Below, piece after piece: positions 12,501 through 25,318 of a stretch of DNA of 64,000 nt (position 1 is its first letter; each line of letters starts with the position of its first letter). The notes beneath the pieces are model-generated. The model was given only the letters and a program-made list of their open reading frames with translations, ran no database searches and was not told where the DNA came from. The translations under genes and the position numbers were made by a program. This DNA is from Scyliorhinus canicula (taxonomy: Eukaryota): positions 101,717,235 through 101,781,234 of the forward strand of contig NC_052164.1 in the NCBI RefSeq assembly GCF_902713615.1, in the 5' to 3' direction.

Positions 12501-13985
12501 CAGTGACAGCCAGTGTGTTCACAAACTGTACCCCAGTGACAGTCAGTTCCTTCACAAACTGTACCCCAGTGACAGTCAGTCCCTTCACAAACTGTACCCC
12601 AGTGACAGTCAGTCTCTTCACAAACTGTACCCCAGTGACAGTCAGTTCCTTCACAAACTGTACCCCAGTGACAGTCAGTCTCTTCACAAACTGTACCCCA
12701 GTGACAGTCAGTTCCTTCACAAACTGTACCCCAGTGACAGTCAATCCCTTCACAAACTGTACCCCAGTGACAGTCAGTCTCTTCACAAACTGTACCCCAG
12801 TGACAGTCAGTCCCTTCACAAACTGTACCCCAGTGACAGGCAATCCCTTCACAAACTGTACCCCATTGACAGTCAGTCCCTTCACAAACTGTACCCCAGT
12901 GACAGCCAGTGTGTTCACAAACTGTACCCCAGTGACAGTCAGTTCCTTCACAAACTGTACCCCAGTGACAGTCAGTCCCTTCACAAACTGTACCCCAGTG
13001 ACAGTCAGGCCCTTCACAAACTGTACCCCAGTGACAGTCAGTCCCTTCACAAACTGTACCCCAGTGACTTTCAGTCCCTTCACAAACTGTACCCCAGTGA
13101 CAGTCAGTGCCTTCACAAACTGTATCCCAGTGACAGTCAGTCCCTTCACAAACTGTATCCCAGTGACAGTCAGTGCCTTTACAAACTGTAACCGAGTGAC
13201 AGTCAGTCCCTTCACAAACTGTATCCCAGTGACAGTCAATCCCTTCACAAACTGTATCCCAGTGACAATCAATCCCTTCACAAACTGTATCCCAGTGACA
13301 GTCAGTCCCTTCACAAACTGTATCCCAGTGACAGTCAATCCCTTCACAAACTGTACCCCAGTGACAGTCAGTCCCTTCACAAACTATACCTCAGTGACAG
13401 TCAATCCCTTCACAAACTGTACCCCAGTGACAGTCAGTCCCTTCACAAACTGTATCCCAGTGACAGTCAGTGTGTTCACAAACTGTATCCCAGCGACAGT
13501 CAGTCCCTTCACAAACTGTATCCCAGTGAGTCAGTCTCTTCACAAACTGTACCCCAGTGACAGTCAGTCCCTTCACAAACTGTATCCCAGTGACAGTCAG
13601 TCCCTTCACAAACTGTACCCCAGTGACAGTCAGTCCCTTCACAAACTGTACCCCAGTGACAGTCAGTCCCTTCACAAACTGTACCCCAGTGACAGTCAGT
13701 CCCTTCACAAACTGTACCCCAGTGACAGCCAGTGTGTTCACAAACTGTATCCCAGTGACAGTCAGTCCCTTCACAAACTGTACCCCAGTGACAGTCAATC
13801 CCTTCACAAACTGTACCCCAGTGACAGTCAGTCCCTTCACAAACTGTAACCCAGTGACAGTCAGTCCCTTCACAAACTGTACCCCAGTGACAGTCAGTCC
13901 CTTCACAAACTGTATCCCAGCGACAGTCAGTCCCTTCACAAACTGTACCCCAGTGACAGTCAGTCCCTTCACAAACTGTACCCCA
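9540..13985. repeat. 33-bp minisatellite, roughly 135 copies
   Basis: Unit cacaaactgtaccccagtgacagtcagtccctt; degenerate units continue to ~14030. Confidence 0.97.
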
Positions 13986-14639
13986 TGAAAAATCAATGAC
14001 TCCAAGAACTGTATCCCATGGATAGCCCATGCTTTTAGATAGGTGGGGGTGGGGAAGGGGCAGGGACATGGAAAAGCACTGGAAAGAAAACGAGAATATT
14101 TAAAAAATGAAAACACAGATCTGGGACAGATTTGCAAGCTGCTGCAATGACCCATTGCTGTGTAGTGGAGGCTGACATTATCCAGTGAGTCACTCCAATA
14201 CAAACACATTCCTTTTATAAAATAGTTGCCTGCCACCAGCATCTTCCTCTTCCTTTTCCTCTTTAAGGAGAATTCAATCATTTCTAGGCCCTGAATCACT
14301 TCCTGCCTCGCCTGCGTATGGGATGTTTATTAATGGATATCACCATTACCTCATCATATGCTTGGCTAAAGCACAACTTGCATCAGGAAGCCTCAAAGTA
14401 TTTTGTGTAACTCTCATTTCTGTTGATGTTTGCTGTCAGTCTGTTCTCCCTTCTTCAATGATCTCCAATTTAAAAGGTTTGCATATTACTAAAATGTCAT
14501 CTCCCAGATGCCTCAGCAGCTTTTATGTAGGAAGTGGTTGAGACATAAGAAATCCAGGGTAAACATCTGAGTGGCCTAATCTTAGCTGAAGTGTCTTTAG
14601 GTGCGCACAAATTGGCCAGGGTTCCCGTTTTCTCAAGTC

Positions 14640-15545
14640 CTACTTGAGAACACCTGCAGCACAATACTGAGGGAGTGCCAAACTATCAGAAATGCCGTCA
14701 TTCAGACGAGATGTTAAACCAAAACACTGTCCCCCCTCTCAGGTAGTTGTAAAAAGATTCCATGGCGTTATTTCAAAGAAGGGCAAGAGAGTTCACCTCG
14801 TCTCCTGTGCCAATGTTCATCGAGCAACCAACAGTGCCGAGACCAGGGGTGGGATTCTCCCATCGTGCGGCTAAGTGCTGACGCCGGAGTAAAAACGGGA
14901 GTGTTTTACTCCGGCGTTGGCGCCCGTTCCGGGACCCCATTCTGCAGCCCACAGGGGACGAGGACGGCGCTGGAGCGGCCTACGCCGCTACAGGAACTGA
15001 TGCGGAGGAAAGGAGGCCGGGGGGGGGGGGGGGGGGGGGGCAGAGAGGCTGGCCCGCCGATCGGCCCCAATTGCGCCCCCCCCCCCCCCCACAGGCCACG
15101 CCCGGACCCTTCAATGACGAGGTCCCGCCGGTTCAGAGGATGTTGGAACGGTGCCAAAAGCCGGCGGGACTCGGCTTTTTGATGATGGCCGCTCGCCCCA
15201 TACGGGCCGGAGAATCGGCGTGCCGTTCCGTGCCAGAGAGTCGGTGCATACCCCGTCTGGCACTGCGCCGACACCGATTCTCCGCACTGGGGAGATTTGT
15301 GTCCCGGCGTCGGGGCGCGATTCGCGCGGCACCGCGCTGATTCTCCGACCGAGCCCCGGGGGGGGGGGGGGTCGGAGAATTCCGCCCAATTTATCTGGTT
15401 ATGTATTTCATTGGGGGTTTGTCGGGGTTTGTAGTGCCCACATTGGCTGCATGTGTTCACGGTATAACTGCTTTGAAAAGTACTTGACTGCTTTAAGGAG
15501 GTCTTGAAGGGTTGTGAAAGGAGCTAATGAAATGTAAGCCTTCCT
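14640..15545 (+). mobile_element. Deu-domain SINE (SacSINE1-like), split by a TIR element
   Basis: tactgagggagtgc...gatgttaaacc...aaaagattccatggc...ttatctgg...gtgaaaggagct; similar to the copy at 26807-27255. Confidence 0.75.
14847..15387. mobile_element. Non-autonomous Harbinger-type TIR element (541 bp)
   Basis: TIRs GGGTGGGATTCTCC / GGAGAATTCCGCCC; flanking triplets do not match (CAG/AAT). Confidence 0.85.
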
Positions 15546-16559
15546 TTCATGATTATTATCCAGCCACTTGGGCTAGAGGTGCGCATGCAGGTGACGCTGA
15601 CTGAGAACAGGATTGGCCCTCAGGGCTGAAGTTTCAGGCCGGGGTCAGGATTAGAGGCAGATAGCATCTAAAAATACCAGCGTCGGCTGTCATGCCAATT
15701 TCTTGGCATCGGCTGGTTTAGCAGAGGTGGAATCAGGGTCAGTTCTAGTATGGCAGGTTGCCGATTAAGCTCAGAAGGGCGTAGTTAAGTCCAATTAAAT
15801 GTGGTGACTGTAATTTTCCAATTGGTCCCTGGTGTTCTGCACCGGCAGGGGCCCAATAGCAGATCAGGGCACTTCAAGCAGCCCTTAGAGACCCTCCCTG
15901 CTTGCCCGGATGTGAGTGTAGCCATAGCCATGTCGAGTGATTCTGTTCCACAACCCCTAATACTGCCACAGTGGGGTCCTGGGTGTAATCCCATCTTTTA
16001 ATTAAAAATGTTTAAAGTTGCCACTCTGTTCCTTACCTACCATCACACCTAGTGTTCCTAGGAAGCTGCAAACAATCTGATTGGTACCCTCAGCTTCTGG
16101 AGTCCACCATTAGTTGGGCAGTGAGCCTATTGCCATGCTAATTAAAGCAGTCGCCCTGTGAAAATCCCAATGAATGACTGTTTCCTGTCGGGGGCGGGTT
16201 CAGGAACAGTTCTGACTTCTGTTTCCCAGGAAAATCCGAATCTCAGTTCCGAAACTGATACATGAAGAATGGTCAATGGCTGCAGATCCAAATGAATCCT
16301 CTGTCCCGTTGACGTTGTGTTCCAGCGATGGGTCCAAGTGTTCGCATGGACGGAGAAGAACAAATTTCACAGAGAAAAGGAGGCTGAGAAGAACCACTGA
16401 CTCTCTCCAGACCCTTCAAGCAAAAAATGTTACAAGCAAACCCTTTACATATTGTATAAAATTACAAGATTTATACTAAATTGTAAAGGGTTAATTCTGC
16501 TTTTAGCCATCTCCTTCCAAGTAATGCCCTGACAGGACTTTTGTTTTGGCCAAAAGTGG

Positions 16560-16868
16560 TTAAGTGACCCCATAGAGGGGTGTGCTCACTTTGCAGGGTA
16601 TTGCCCATACCTGCGGGGCGTGGCATTGTCTGTGGGTGGGGAGTGTGGGCGACCCTCAAGCTCACTTAGAAATTGGGGCACACTTTTAAAATGGTGCCCA
16701 ATCTCTGCGGAGGCAACATCGCCAGTGGGCTAGACCGGGAAGAAACTCCCCAAGGTCCCAAAAAATGACAACCGGGTGAATACTGATGTGGATCTCAACC
16801 AAAAAGCCAGCACGAAACACCTTGCCAAACTCGTGCTAAATAGTCATTTTTGGAGGCGAATCGCGCCA
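16560..16868. mobile_element. Older fragment of the 28925-29366 TIR family (right arm)
   Basis: gtgggcgaccctcaagctcacttagaaattgggg...aaaatgg...gaatcgcgcc aligns by eye with 29145-29366. Confidence 0.65.
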
Positions 16869-17959
16869 AAAGAAACTGGAACTCTGTTGACTCAAGGAAA
16901 CTAAGTTCACCAAACATCAATAACCAAGACAGATCAGGCTTTGGTGCAATCAATTTGAGCTCCCAGCAACCTGGACGCAAACCACTAGAGATCCAAGTGA
17001 CTCCCATCAGCCGCTGTTGTTTTAGGGAAGATAGGAGCTGCCGAATGCTCTTCGAGACTGTCTGCATTAACGTTTAAAAAAGAATAGGTTGCTCTCTTTC
17101 CAAAGTGGGTGGGGAAGCCCCACCATCCTTTTAAAAAGGAAAATTTCCAGAGAAAAATTAAACTGTCCAAACAAACAACAAATAAGCATCTTCCTTAATG
17201 AATTTAAAACACTGTGATGAATCATCAATTAGACATCTTTACCTTTCTAATTCCGAGTTAAACCTTTTAAATAAACAGATCTCTTTAGGGAGAATTTGAG
17301 CTGCATTAAATAGAACAAAGCTTTGTAAGGGACCATCTCTAAATAGCAGATCTTTTAGAAAAAGTGCAAAGATGTGATGGGGTTGGGTGGTGTAAAAGAA
17401 ACGTGTTTATATACAAAACAAGTGGATGTTCTGTGATTTTGGTCTTCGTAAGTTGGATGATACTTGATTTTAAAGATATAGGAACGCAATTCAAATTTAT
17501 TATCTCCCACTCAGGTAGCCTTTCTCTTTCTCTCCCAAAGTTTAATCGCTATGTAATTAAACACAGGTTGTGGTCAGTCAGAGTTTAATTGCAGTGGGAT
17601 GGGGGAAGTTTGTTCAATGAACAGAACTGTTTTCAGTACTGGTTCCTGAAAACAAAACAAATTGACCGACCTTCTCGTTTGTGTCCCCTTGACACTTTGG
17701 AGGGTGTTTTCTGAAGTGTGATAAAGTCTGTCAAATTTGTGCAAAATACAAATTTTTTTTTTACAAATAAGTACCCCAGTCTTTGAACAGACGAGATGGC
17801 CGCCTGAGAATTGCGATATTTGGAAACCAAGCTGCAATGCTTCAGTTTAGTGAGCTGGATTTTCGTGCACATTTTCCATACGTGTGTGTAGCCTCAACTA
17901 CATCTTTTTGTCACCTCCAGACTCAACAAATACAATGTTTTTTTGGCTGACCTCGGCCT

Positions 17960-18140
17960 GAGGGGTCAGTCACTAGGGGGCTTAGGTTTAAGGTCCATGG
18001 GGCAAAGTTTAGAGGAGATGTGCGAGGCGGGTTTTTTACACAGAGGGTGGTGAGTGCCTGGAATGCGTTGCCAGGGGAGGTTGTGGAAACAGATACATTA
18101 ACGGCGTTCAAAAGGCATTTCGACGAATACATGGATAGGA
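17960..18140 (+). mobile_element. CR1 LINE 3' fragment
   Basis: Peptide FFTQRVVSAWNALPGEVVE matches the ORF2 C-terminus. Confidence 0.85.
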
Positions 18141-18446
18141 TGGGTTCTAATGTGAAGCAAGTCCTGTTCATCCTATACCCCTGTGTGCACTGGCTTCCAT
18201 TGGCTCCCGGCCTGGCAATGCCTTCATTTTAAAATTATTTCAAATTCCTCGCCTCTCCCTATCTCTGTAATCCCCTCCAACCCCAAAAACCTTTGAGATC
18301 CTCCAACACTCCCCCAACTCCAGCCACTTGTACGCCATTTTATTGCTCCATTATTGATGGCCCTGCCGTTAGCTGTCAAGGCCGAAGGCTCTGGTATCCT
18401 CTGCCTGAACCTTTCTGCCTCCTGTATGATACTCCTTCGAACCTAC

Positions 18447-18795
18447 TTTAGAAGTTTAGAACAGTACAGCACAGAACAGGCCCTTCGGCCCTCGATGTTG
18501 TGCCGAACCATGATCACCCTACTCAAACCCACGTATCCACCCTATACCCGTAACCCAATAACCCCCCCCCCCCCCTTAATTTTTTTTTAGGACTCTACGG
18601 GCAATTTAGCATGGTCAATCCACCTAACCCGCACATCTTTGGACTGTGGGAGGAAACCGGAGCACCCGGAGGAAACCCACGCACACACGGGGAGGACGTG
18701 CAAACTCCGCACAGACAGTGACCCAGCCGGGAATCGAACCTGGGACCCTGGAGCTGTGAAGCATTTATGCTAACCACCATGCTACCGTGCTGCCC
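18447..18795 (-). mobile_element. HE1-type SINE, CR1-type tail, inserted in an L2 remnant (18170-18925)
   Basis: Near-identical to 1191-1544. Confidence 0.9.
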
Positions 18796-19084
18796 GAAAC
18801 TTCTACTTCTTTGCCTGAATCTTTGGCCAGTTGTCCTAAGACCTGGCTAGGTGTTAAATTTTATGTGCTAATAGCTCTGGCGAAGTACTGTGTAATATTT
18901 GAGTCCCCCATCAATGCAAGTTGTTGATTTTAATTTAAATGCACAGTCTGCATTTTGATTGATTATCACAACCATTGAGTGTGGAAAGATGTAGAATAGG
19001 ATCGTGTTACCTTGTCAAGATTTAAGGACGGTCCCTAACACAGCAGTGCAAAATATGTTTCACAGATCATTAGGCTAAACGTAC

Positions 19085-19248
19085 CTGCCGGGATCAGTCC
19101 AGTGTTTGACGTATTGGTGACCACGCTGCTGCTTCCGGTCACTGGGTATTCGACAAAGCCAGTTCGGCAGCGTGTTCTTGCTAATGCTGAATCTGAGCAA
19201 GAGTCCACTTGGAAATGCACCAAGCTCGACGTGTTTCTCCTACTCAAC
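19085..19248 (-). other. Candidate internal exon (164 nt)
   Basis: Acceptor ttccttttctctctgttaaAG|G and donor CAG|GTACGT in unique, CpG-retaining sequence; one open frame with no recognised protein. Confidence 0.4.
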
Positions 19249-19743
19249 CTTTAACAGAGAGAAAAGGAATATCTTATAACAGCTGTTGATGATTGTATTC
19301 AGCACTGATTTAGCAGCACGGAACAGAAGGGGGCCATTCAACCCCTCAAAAATATTCTACCATTCAGTTGGGGTTGTGGCCAACTTTTATCTTAACTCCA
19401 ACTAACCACCCGGGTTCCATAACCGTTAATACCCTTGCCTAACATCGGGACACCCTTTCTAAATGGCAGGCCCGATCTCTGAGTCCGCCTCCCCAGGGCT
19501 GAAATTAATTCCAAGGATGTGATTTAACCAAGATGTTTCTGTGGGAGCAAGGGCGAACTGCTGCCAGCTTCCTGATGCTGGGCCCAGCAAGGCTGTCACC
19601 ATTAAAACGTTAATGTGGCCCCGTTGGATTTATCATGGTTCACCAGCTTTTTCGCCCGGGACCGGGCTCGCCAGCCCCCTGCTAACAAGTGACAAGAGAA
19701 TTTAAACTGCTCCTGCACAGCCAACCCCATCCCGCTCGCAGTC

Positions 19744-21300
19744 ATGTCACCATGGAGACGCCGACCAGGGACGACTGGTGGACGCGATGGAGGCCAGACG
19801 GAAGGCTCTGTTCCCCGAGGGTCCAGGAGGGTCAGCCACAGGGCAGCCACCGCTGCCTGGGAGGAAGTGACAGCGGCCTGGAGTGTGACCAGGCCCAGCA
19901 CCCAGTGTCGCAAAAGGTCAAAAGACCTCCAGAGGGCCGCTCGGGTGAGTTCACACCGGACCTCCTCCCGCCCCCCCAATAATACCCCCCTCCTCCCCAT
20001 ACTCTCCAAGCCCTCCCAGGAGAGTCCTCGCCCCCTATGAGGACGCTGGAGGTCCCGGGGGTGGCCGAAGACCGAGTGATGACCACCTTGGAGGTCGGAA
20101 CATGGTGCAGAAGTGAGGATTCCCCCGGCCCCCACTCGGATGACCTGTCAAACCTGAGTTGTTAACGCCATAGAGACTGACCCATCCCTCCCACTGACCA
20201 CATGTCCATTCTACCATAGGGACCTGCAGCCAACGGCGCCGGCCCATCCGGGGGTGGCCCCCCCCCGCCCCGCTCCCCCACCTCCCATGAGACCACCTTA
20301 GAGGAGAGCTCCACAGCTGTCATCCTCACCTTCCACCAGCGCAGATACACACACACCTCAGTGGGAAACGTTAGTGGTCAGGCTCCTGGAGCACAATCTG
20401 GTGAGCACCACACAGCTGCTGATGTACATCAGGTGGAGGCAGGAGCTGCTGGGTCCCAGCCTGATGCTGATCCTCTGGAACAGGGTTACCCAGAGCTGAT
20501 GGAGACATTAGAGTGTGGCCGTGACATTCATAGAGAGATGTCAGCAACACACCAGCAGGCCCATAGCCGATTGGAGGAGTCCCAGAGGCAACGGGCACAG
20601 GAAATGTTGCCGTTAATGCACGGCACTGAGGCCAACACTGCTAGGGTGGCGCCCGCAGTGGAGAGCCTGGTGCACAAGGTAGGTAGCATGAGTGAAGGTG
20701 CCCAGGACATGGTGCAGTCGGTGATGGCGATGGTTAAGGGCCTCAGAAGAATGGCTGGCTCACTGGGGGATGTGGCCCAGTACAAGGCTGACCTTGTTGA
20801 GGTGCTCCGGAACATGTCCCGCTCTCAGATGGGAATGGCCAAGGCGTTGCGGAGCTTGAACTAGTCGCAGGTGGCATGACTGAGGCACTGCAGAGAATGG
20901 CCCAGTCAGAGAGGAGCATCATCGAGGGCGGCAGCACAATGGTGCAGACCATGGGGACCCGCCAGGGCTGGCAGAGCCCGATGATGCAGGGGCAGCCGAG
21001 GCTTGTTCCATCTCGAGATGAGCCCCAGGGCCCTATGGGCACAGAGTGGGAGGGGAGGGTGCTGGGTGCCAACCCAGACCCGCCCCATGGAGTGGGGGTG
21101 GTGGCCATCAGCTTCCCCGGGTCCCACACGCCTGCTGATGCCGCATCTCGACAAGTGCGTTGGGGCTCTACGGCCCCAGAGCTCCCAGAGGACACCCGCC
21201 AGAGGCATCAAAGGCCACCAGGCGTAGTAAGCAGCTGGCTGCCTCCACCTCAGGTGGCCATTATGGGGGGCGAGCAAGAAGGTTTAAGCATCTTGTGGAT
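19744..21300 (+). pseudogene. Harbinger-associated Myb/SANT-like DNA-binding gene, three exons, frameshifted
   Basis: AATAAWEEVTAAWSVTRPSTQCRKRSKDLQRAAR then donor CGG|GTGAGT at 19945; exon 3 acceptor at 20218-19; coiled-coil-like ORF 20361-20864; ATTAAA at 21381. Confidence 0.8.
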
Positions 21301-22127
21301 CACTGAGGGCACCGGTGGGGTGGGGGGGGGGGGGGGGGGGGGGGTGAGGAGAGTGGGGCATTGTTGGACACCCGCGACACATTAAAAACCCTTGACCACA
21401 ACCAGTATGACGCCTCTGTCACTTTCTTCCACAATGCAGCTGACTTCCGAACCCTGGGCCCCCCCCTCCCTATTGCACTCACCCACCCTCTGGCCATGGA
21501 CATGTCCCCGGAGCTGTGTCCCATCCCCTGGGCGTTCGGATGTTGGCTGTTGCGTGTGTGGTGTTGCCTCCTGCAGTGTTCAGGCACAATGTCCAGGCAT
21601 CAAGGTGTGATTGGGATGCTAGGCAATGCCTCCCACAAGCTACATAGCCCGTCCACCCACGGAAATCAACTTGGGATGTGTGAAGTGCTCACTTAACCAC
21701 AATTGCCAACTGTCTATTAGCGATAGCCTTCAGCCGCACGGCCAGGTGCCTGGGCAGTTGGGGGGGGTTATGGGTGGTCGTGGGGCAGACGGGCAGGGGC
21801 GAGGGTTGCCCCTAGAACGGGTACACACCATCTATGGGTTTGCATGGTGGTGCTCCATGTGTTTGGCCCCCTAGTGCCACCCGCCCCGCCAAGGGTTCCC
21901 CACACCCCTGTCGAGTACTGGGCTCTTTGCCTGTGGCCACCTCCTCACCTCCTCGACCCCCCCGCGGAAGCCCTACCGCCAGGTTCATGTTTTTCAAAAG
22001 GAGTACTAATCGGTGCCAGCGTGACCACTTGCTGGGGAGGCCGATGAATTATGGGAGGCTGTTTGATATGGGGTCGCCCCCGTTAATTGTATGGAAATAG
22101 GGCTTATATGGTGATAATAGCTTTCTT

Positions 22128-22345
22128 TTTTAAAATAAATTTAGATTACCCAATTATTTTTTTCCAATTAAGGGGCAATTTAGCGTGGCCAATCCAGCTA
22201 CTCTGCACATCTTCGGGCTGTGGGGGTGAAACCCACGCAGACACAGGGAGAATGTGCAAACTCCACACGGACAGAGACCCAGGGCCGGGATTCGAACCCA
22301 GGTCCTCAGTGCCGTAGGCAGCAATGCTAACCACCGTGCCACCCC
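22128..22345 (-). mobile_element. Short HE1 SINE variant with A-rich tail, perfect 15-bp TSD
   Basis: TSD gataatagctttctt at 22113-22127 and 22346-22360. Confidence 0.92.
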
Positions 22346-22759
22346 GATAATAGCTTTCTTGCCGCGCTACGGCGGGATCCCGATTTCACCTACGGGAGCC
22401 GGCCGGTTGCACCACAATCTCTTTGGCGCCTGCCGCAGTTCTCATTTTCACCATCTTCCATTATTCACCGGCCTCATTTCGCTCGGACGGAGAATCACGT
22501 CCAAAGTATCGTTTGATATCAGTGGGGAACTCACCGACAGAACCAGCGGGAGACCCCCTGAAAAACCCCGCCACAAATGAAGTTAGAAATGTTTCCATTA
22601 AATTCCGCCCCACATTTCAAGGAAGTACTTCGTTGACTGTAAAGCACATCAGGCCATTCTGAGGATGCAAAAGGCGCTATAGAAATGCAAGTTCTTGCTT
22701 TTAGAAGTGGACCTGTGAGAATGCAAGGCTCAGCTTCGTTCTCCTGCATATTTCACCAC

Positions 22760-23260
22760 AAACCTGCCGATGACATCAAGTTAGGGGAAGGAGGTCATGC
22801 AGAAAAGTCCGAAGGAACTGAAGGAAGTGTGATAAAAATGTGCGAGAATGAAATCAGTTCTGAGAGGTTGTATGTAGCTGTCAAATAAGATTGTCCAGGC
22901 TGGGGCGTTTTTCTCTAGGAAAGGGAAGATTGATGAGTGAGCTGCGAAGGGGCTTGAAGATTACGAGAAGGTTTAATCGAGTACACGTAGAGAAGTGAGG
23001 CTGGCAGCAGGGGCATTAAATGCAAGCTGTCACCAATAACTCCAATGCGGAGTTCCAGAGATTTTTCTTTACAAATGTACAGGTTAGAGTGTGGAACTTA
23101 ATACCATTGGGAGTGAAGAAGCGAATAGCTTAGATGCAGTTAAGCAGAAGTTAGAAAAACACAAGAGGGAGATATGCTGATGAGGTTAGAGGAAGTAAGG
23201 TGGGTGGATGCTCGTATAGCACGGACACGCTGGGCTGAATGGCCTGTTTCTGTGCTTAAT
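22760..23260 (+). mobile_element. Old CR1 fragment (RT to 3' tail)
   Basis: ADDIKLG motif, FFF...VRVWN remnant, tail tgggctgaatggcctgtttctgtgct. Confidence 0.65.
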
Positions 23261-23434
23261 GCTCTACCCTCCTCTTTTCCTGTGGCCACTGACTCATTTT
23301 GGGTTGTTTTTGCTATGTGTCAGCTGCTCTACACTCCAAATGGCTGTGCATCATCTAGGGTATGTGTTATTTGCTTGCCAAATTTGGTGGAGGTGTGAGG
23401 GAGGAGTGTTTGAGTGTATTGCAGACAGGCCTGA

Positions 23435-23712
23435 TCCAGCCACCTACAAGGCACGGAGTGTGATGGAATATTCTCTAAAAACCTGGATGGGTGCAACATT
23501 TCAGGAGCTCTACACCATTCTGCACACAGCAGCCCATTATACTGACATCCACTCACCACCTTAACAAACATTCACTCCCTCCGCCGCCGACGCACAGTGC
23601 TTGCCATCGACAAGATGCACTACAGCAGCTCACCAAGGCTCCTTCAGCAGCACCTTCAAATACGTTACCCCCACGACAAGGGAAAGAGCAGCAGGTGCAT
23701 GGGAATACCATC
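23435..23712 (+). mobile_element. Fragment of a second CR1-group LINE family
   Basis: TYKARSVMEYSLKTWMGA; homologous to 29900-30190. Confidence 0.7.
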
Positions 23713-24984
23713 ATAAGAATATAAGAAACAGGAGCAGGAGGAGGCCATTTAGTCCCTTTGAGTCCTCTCTGCTATCCAATGTGATCATTGCTGATTTACT
23801 ACTTGAACACCATTTTCCTGCAATATCACTAATTATTGGCTACTGAAGGGCTGTTCCCCCCCCCCCCCCCCCCCCCCCCCACCCCCACCCCCCGAGCCTT
23901 GATTTTACTGGCTGGCGGGTGGATGCCGTTGCTCTCCCGTCCTCTGCAGCGCTGTTGCTGGCGGGACTGGAGAGCTGCTGGCCAATCTGGCCAAGTGGGC
24001 TCCTTCTGTGCTGTTACCACTCTTTGATTCTATTCCATAGTCTTGCCGCATGATCTCCTGCCCCTGGCAGACTTGCCCGATCAAACTTATCCATTATGGG
24101 ACAGCCAGATAAATGAAGAGAAAGGAATAGGAGGATAGGGTGAGATGATGAGGGATGGGAGGTGGTTTATGTGGAGCATAAACACTGACAAAGACCCAGT
24201 TAGGCTGAAAGGCCTGTTTCTGTTCTGTGGACTCAGATGTAACTCTGTGCAACGCACCCTTAAAGAGAAGAGACCATTATTTTACTCAGGATGGGACATG
24301 GATTGGCTTCACATTGAAATCTCGATCAGCCGATCTAAACTGCTACTGACCAACACAACACATGAAGGATTTATTTGCCCTTTTCCTTTTTTATAATTTG
24401 TTCCCATTTCCAATATTTCTGTAACTAACAAACAAAAGTGTTGAAAAACATGAACAAAAACTTTGCACGCCCTTTAATTTCCTCCCCAGTTTTGCTTGCG
24501 GCAGGGTCCTGGATATTAATAATCAATTCCTGAAAGCTCCAGCACAATCCTGGAGAATTGGCAACCCCTGTGCTTTGAGGCCTATTGAAACAGCACCAAC
24601 TGAGATCAGCTAAATAATTATAGGCCAACATGCCTCTTAAATGTAATATTAGCTCTCTGAGTAACAGCAGCCAAGATCCTGAGAGGCTGGATACAGGAAG
24701 TGGGGCAGGATTCCTTCCACTTGGTCAAGCTCCTTTGATACATTCTCTGGATCAAATACAGCATCAAACATCAGTCAGGCCCACCAGCACCTACCATCAA
24801 AAATGTGTCAGCTGACTTCTAAGAATGCCTCAAGCCAGAGCAATTTTTAACTTGGTTGTGATTTCAATAGACAAAGGAAGTAAGTAACAATCCTCCTTTT
24901 CTCCCTGAATAATTACTCTACTTTCTATCTCTCACATATGAGGACTGGGCGTACGGGGTGGAGGCCTACTTAAGTGATGGTGAC

Positions 24985-25175
24985 GGGCGCGATTCTCTGA
25001 CCTCCCCGCCACGTGTTTCTCGGTGGCGGCCCACCCCCACCGCCGGTTCTCGACAGGATCTTCCAGTCTCGCCGCTGTCAATGGGATTTCCCACTGAATC
25101 CACCCCACGGCGCTGGGAAACCCGTAGGCGGGAGCAGAAGATCTCGCCGGTGTGAAGAGACGGAAAACTTCTCCC
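24985..25175. mobile_element. Short palindromic TIR element (MITE)
   Basis: GGGCGCGATTCTC left end; central caatgggatttcccactg palindrome; same family as 59945-60131. Confidence 0.7.
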
Positions 25176-25318
25176 ACTGAGAATGATGGGAAAATTATGT
25201 AATTCACATCTTCTGTTCCAAAAGCGGCCCTCATAATTGTAAGATTGGCCGCTAAGCATCCAATGGGGAGTTCAGGAGAATCGTCTTTACCCAGAGAGCG
25301 GTTAGAATATGGGGCGGG

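Larger units (their letters stand above)
19515..22502 (+). mobile_element. ~3-kb Harbinger-type element carrying a decayed Myb/SANT gene, no transposase visible
   Basis: Termini GGATGTGATTT / GGAGAATCACGTCC; TSD CAA/AAA; nested in a TIR element whose halves (19445-19514, 22503-22610) match 29170-29366. Confidence 0.8.

Noticed and set aside
9540-13985. CRISPR-like array (also 46815-47772)
   Set aside because: Units are head-to-tail without unique spacers; eukaryotic context; no cas genes
9563-14069. Long ORFs up to 568 aa (HKLYPSDSQSL, TVSPFTNCTPV, HWGTVCEGTDC repeats)
   Set aside because: By-product of a 33-bp unit open in four frames; frame-breaking 29-, 31- and 32-bp units are tolerated; no unique coding flanks
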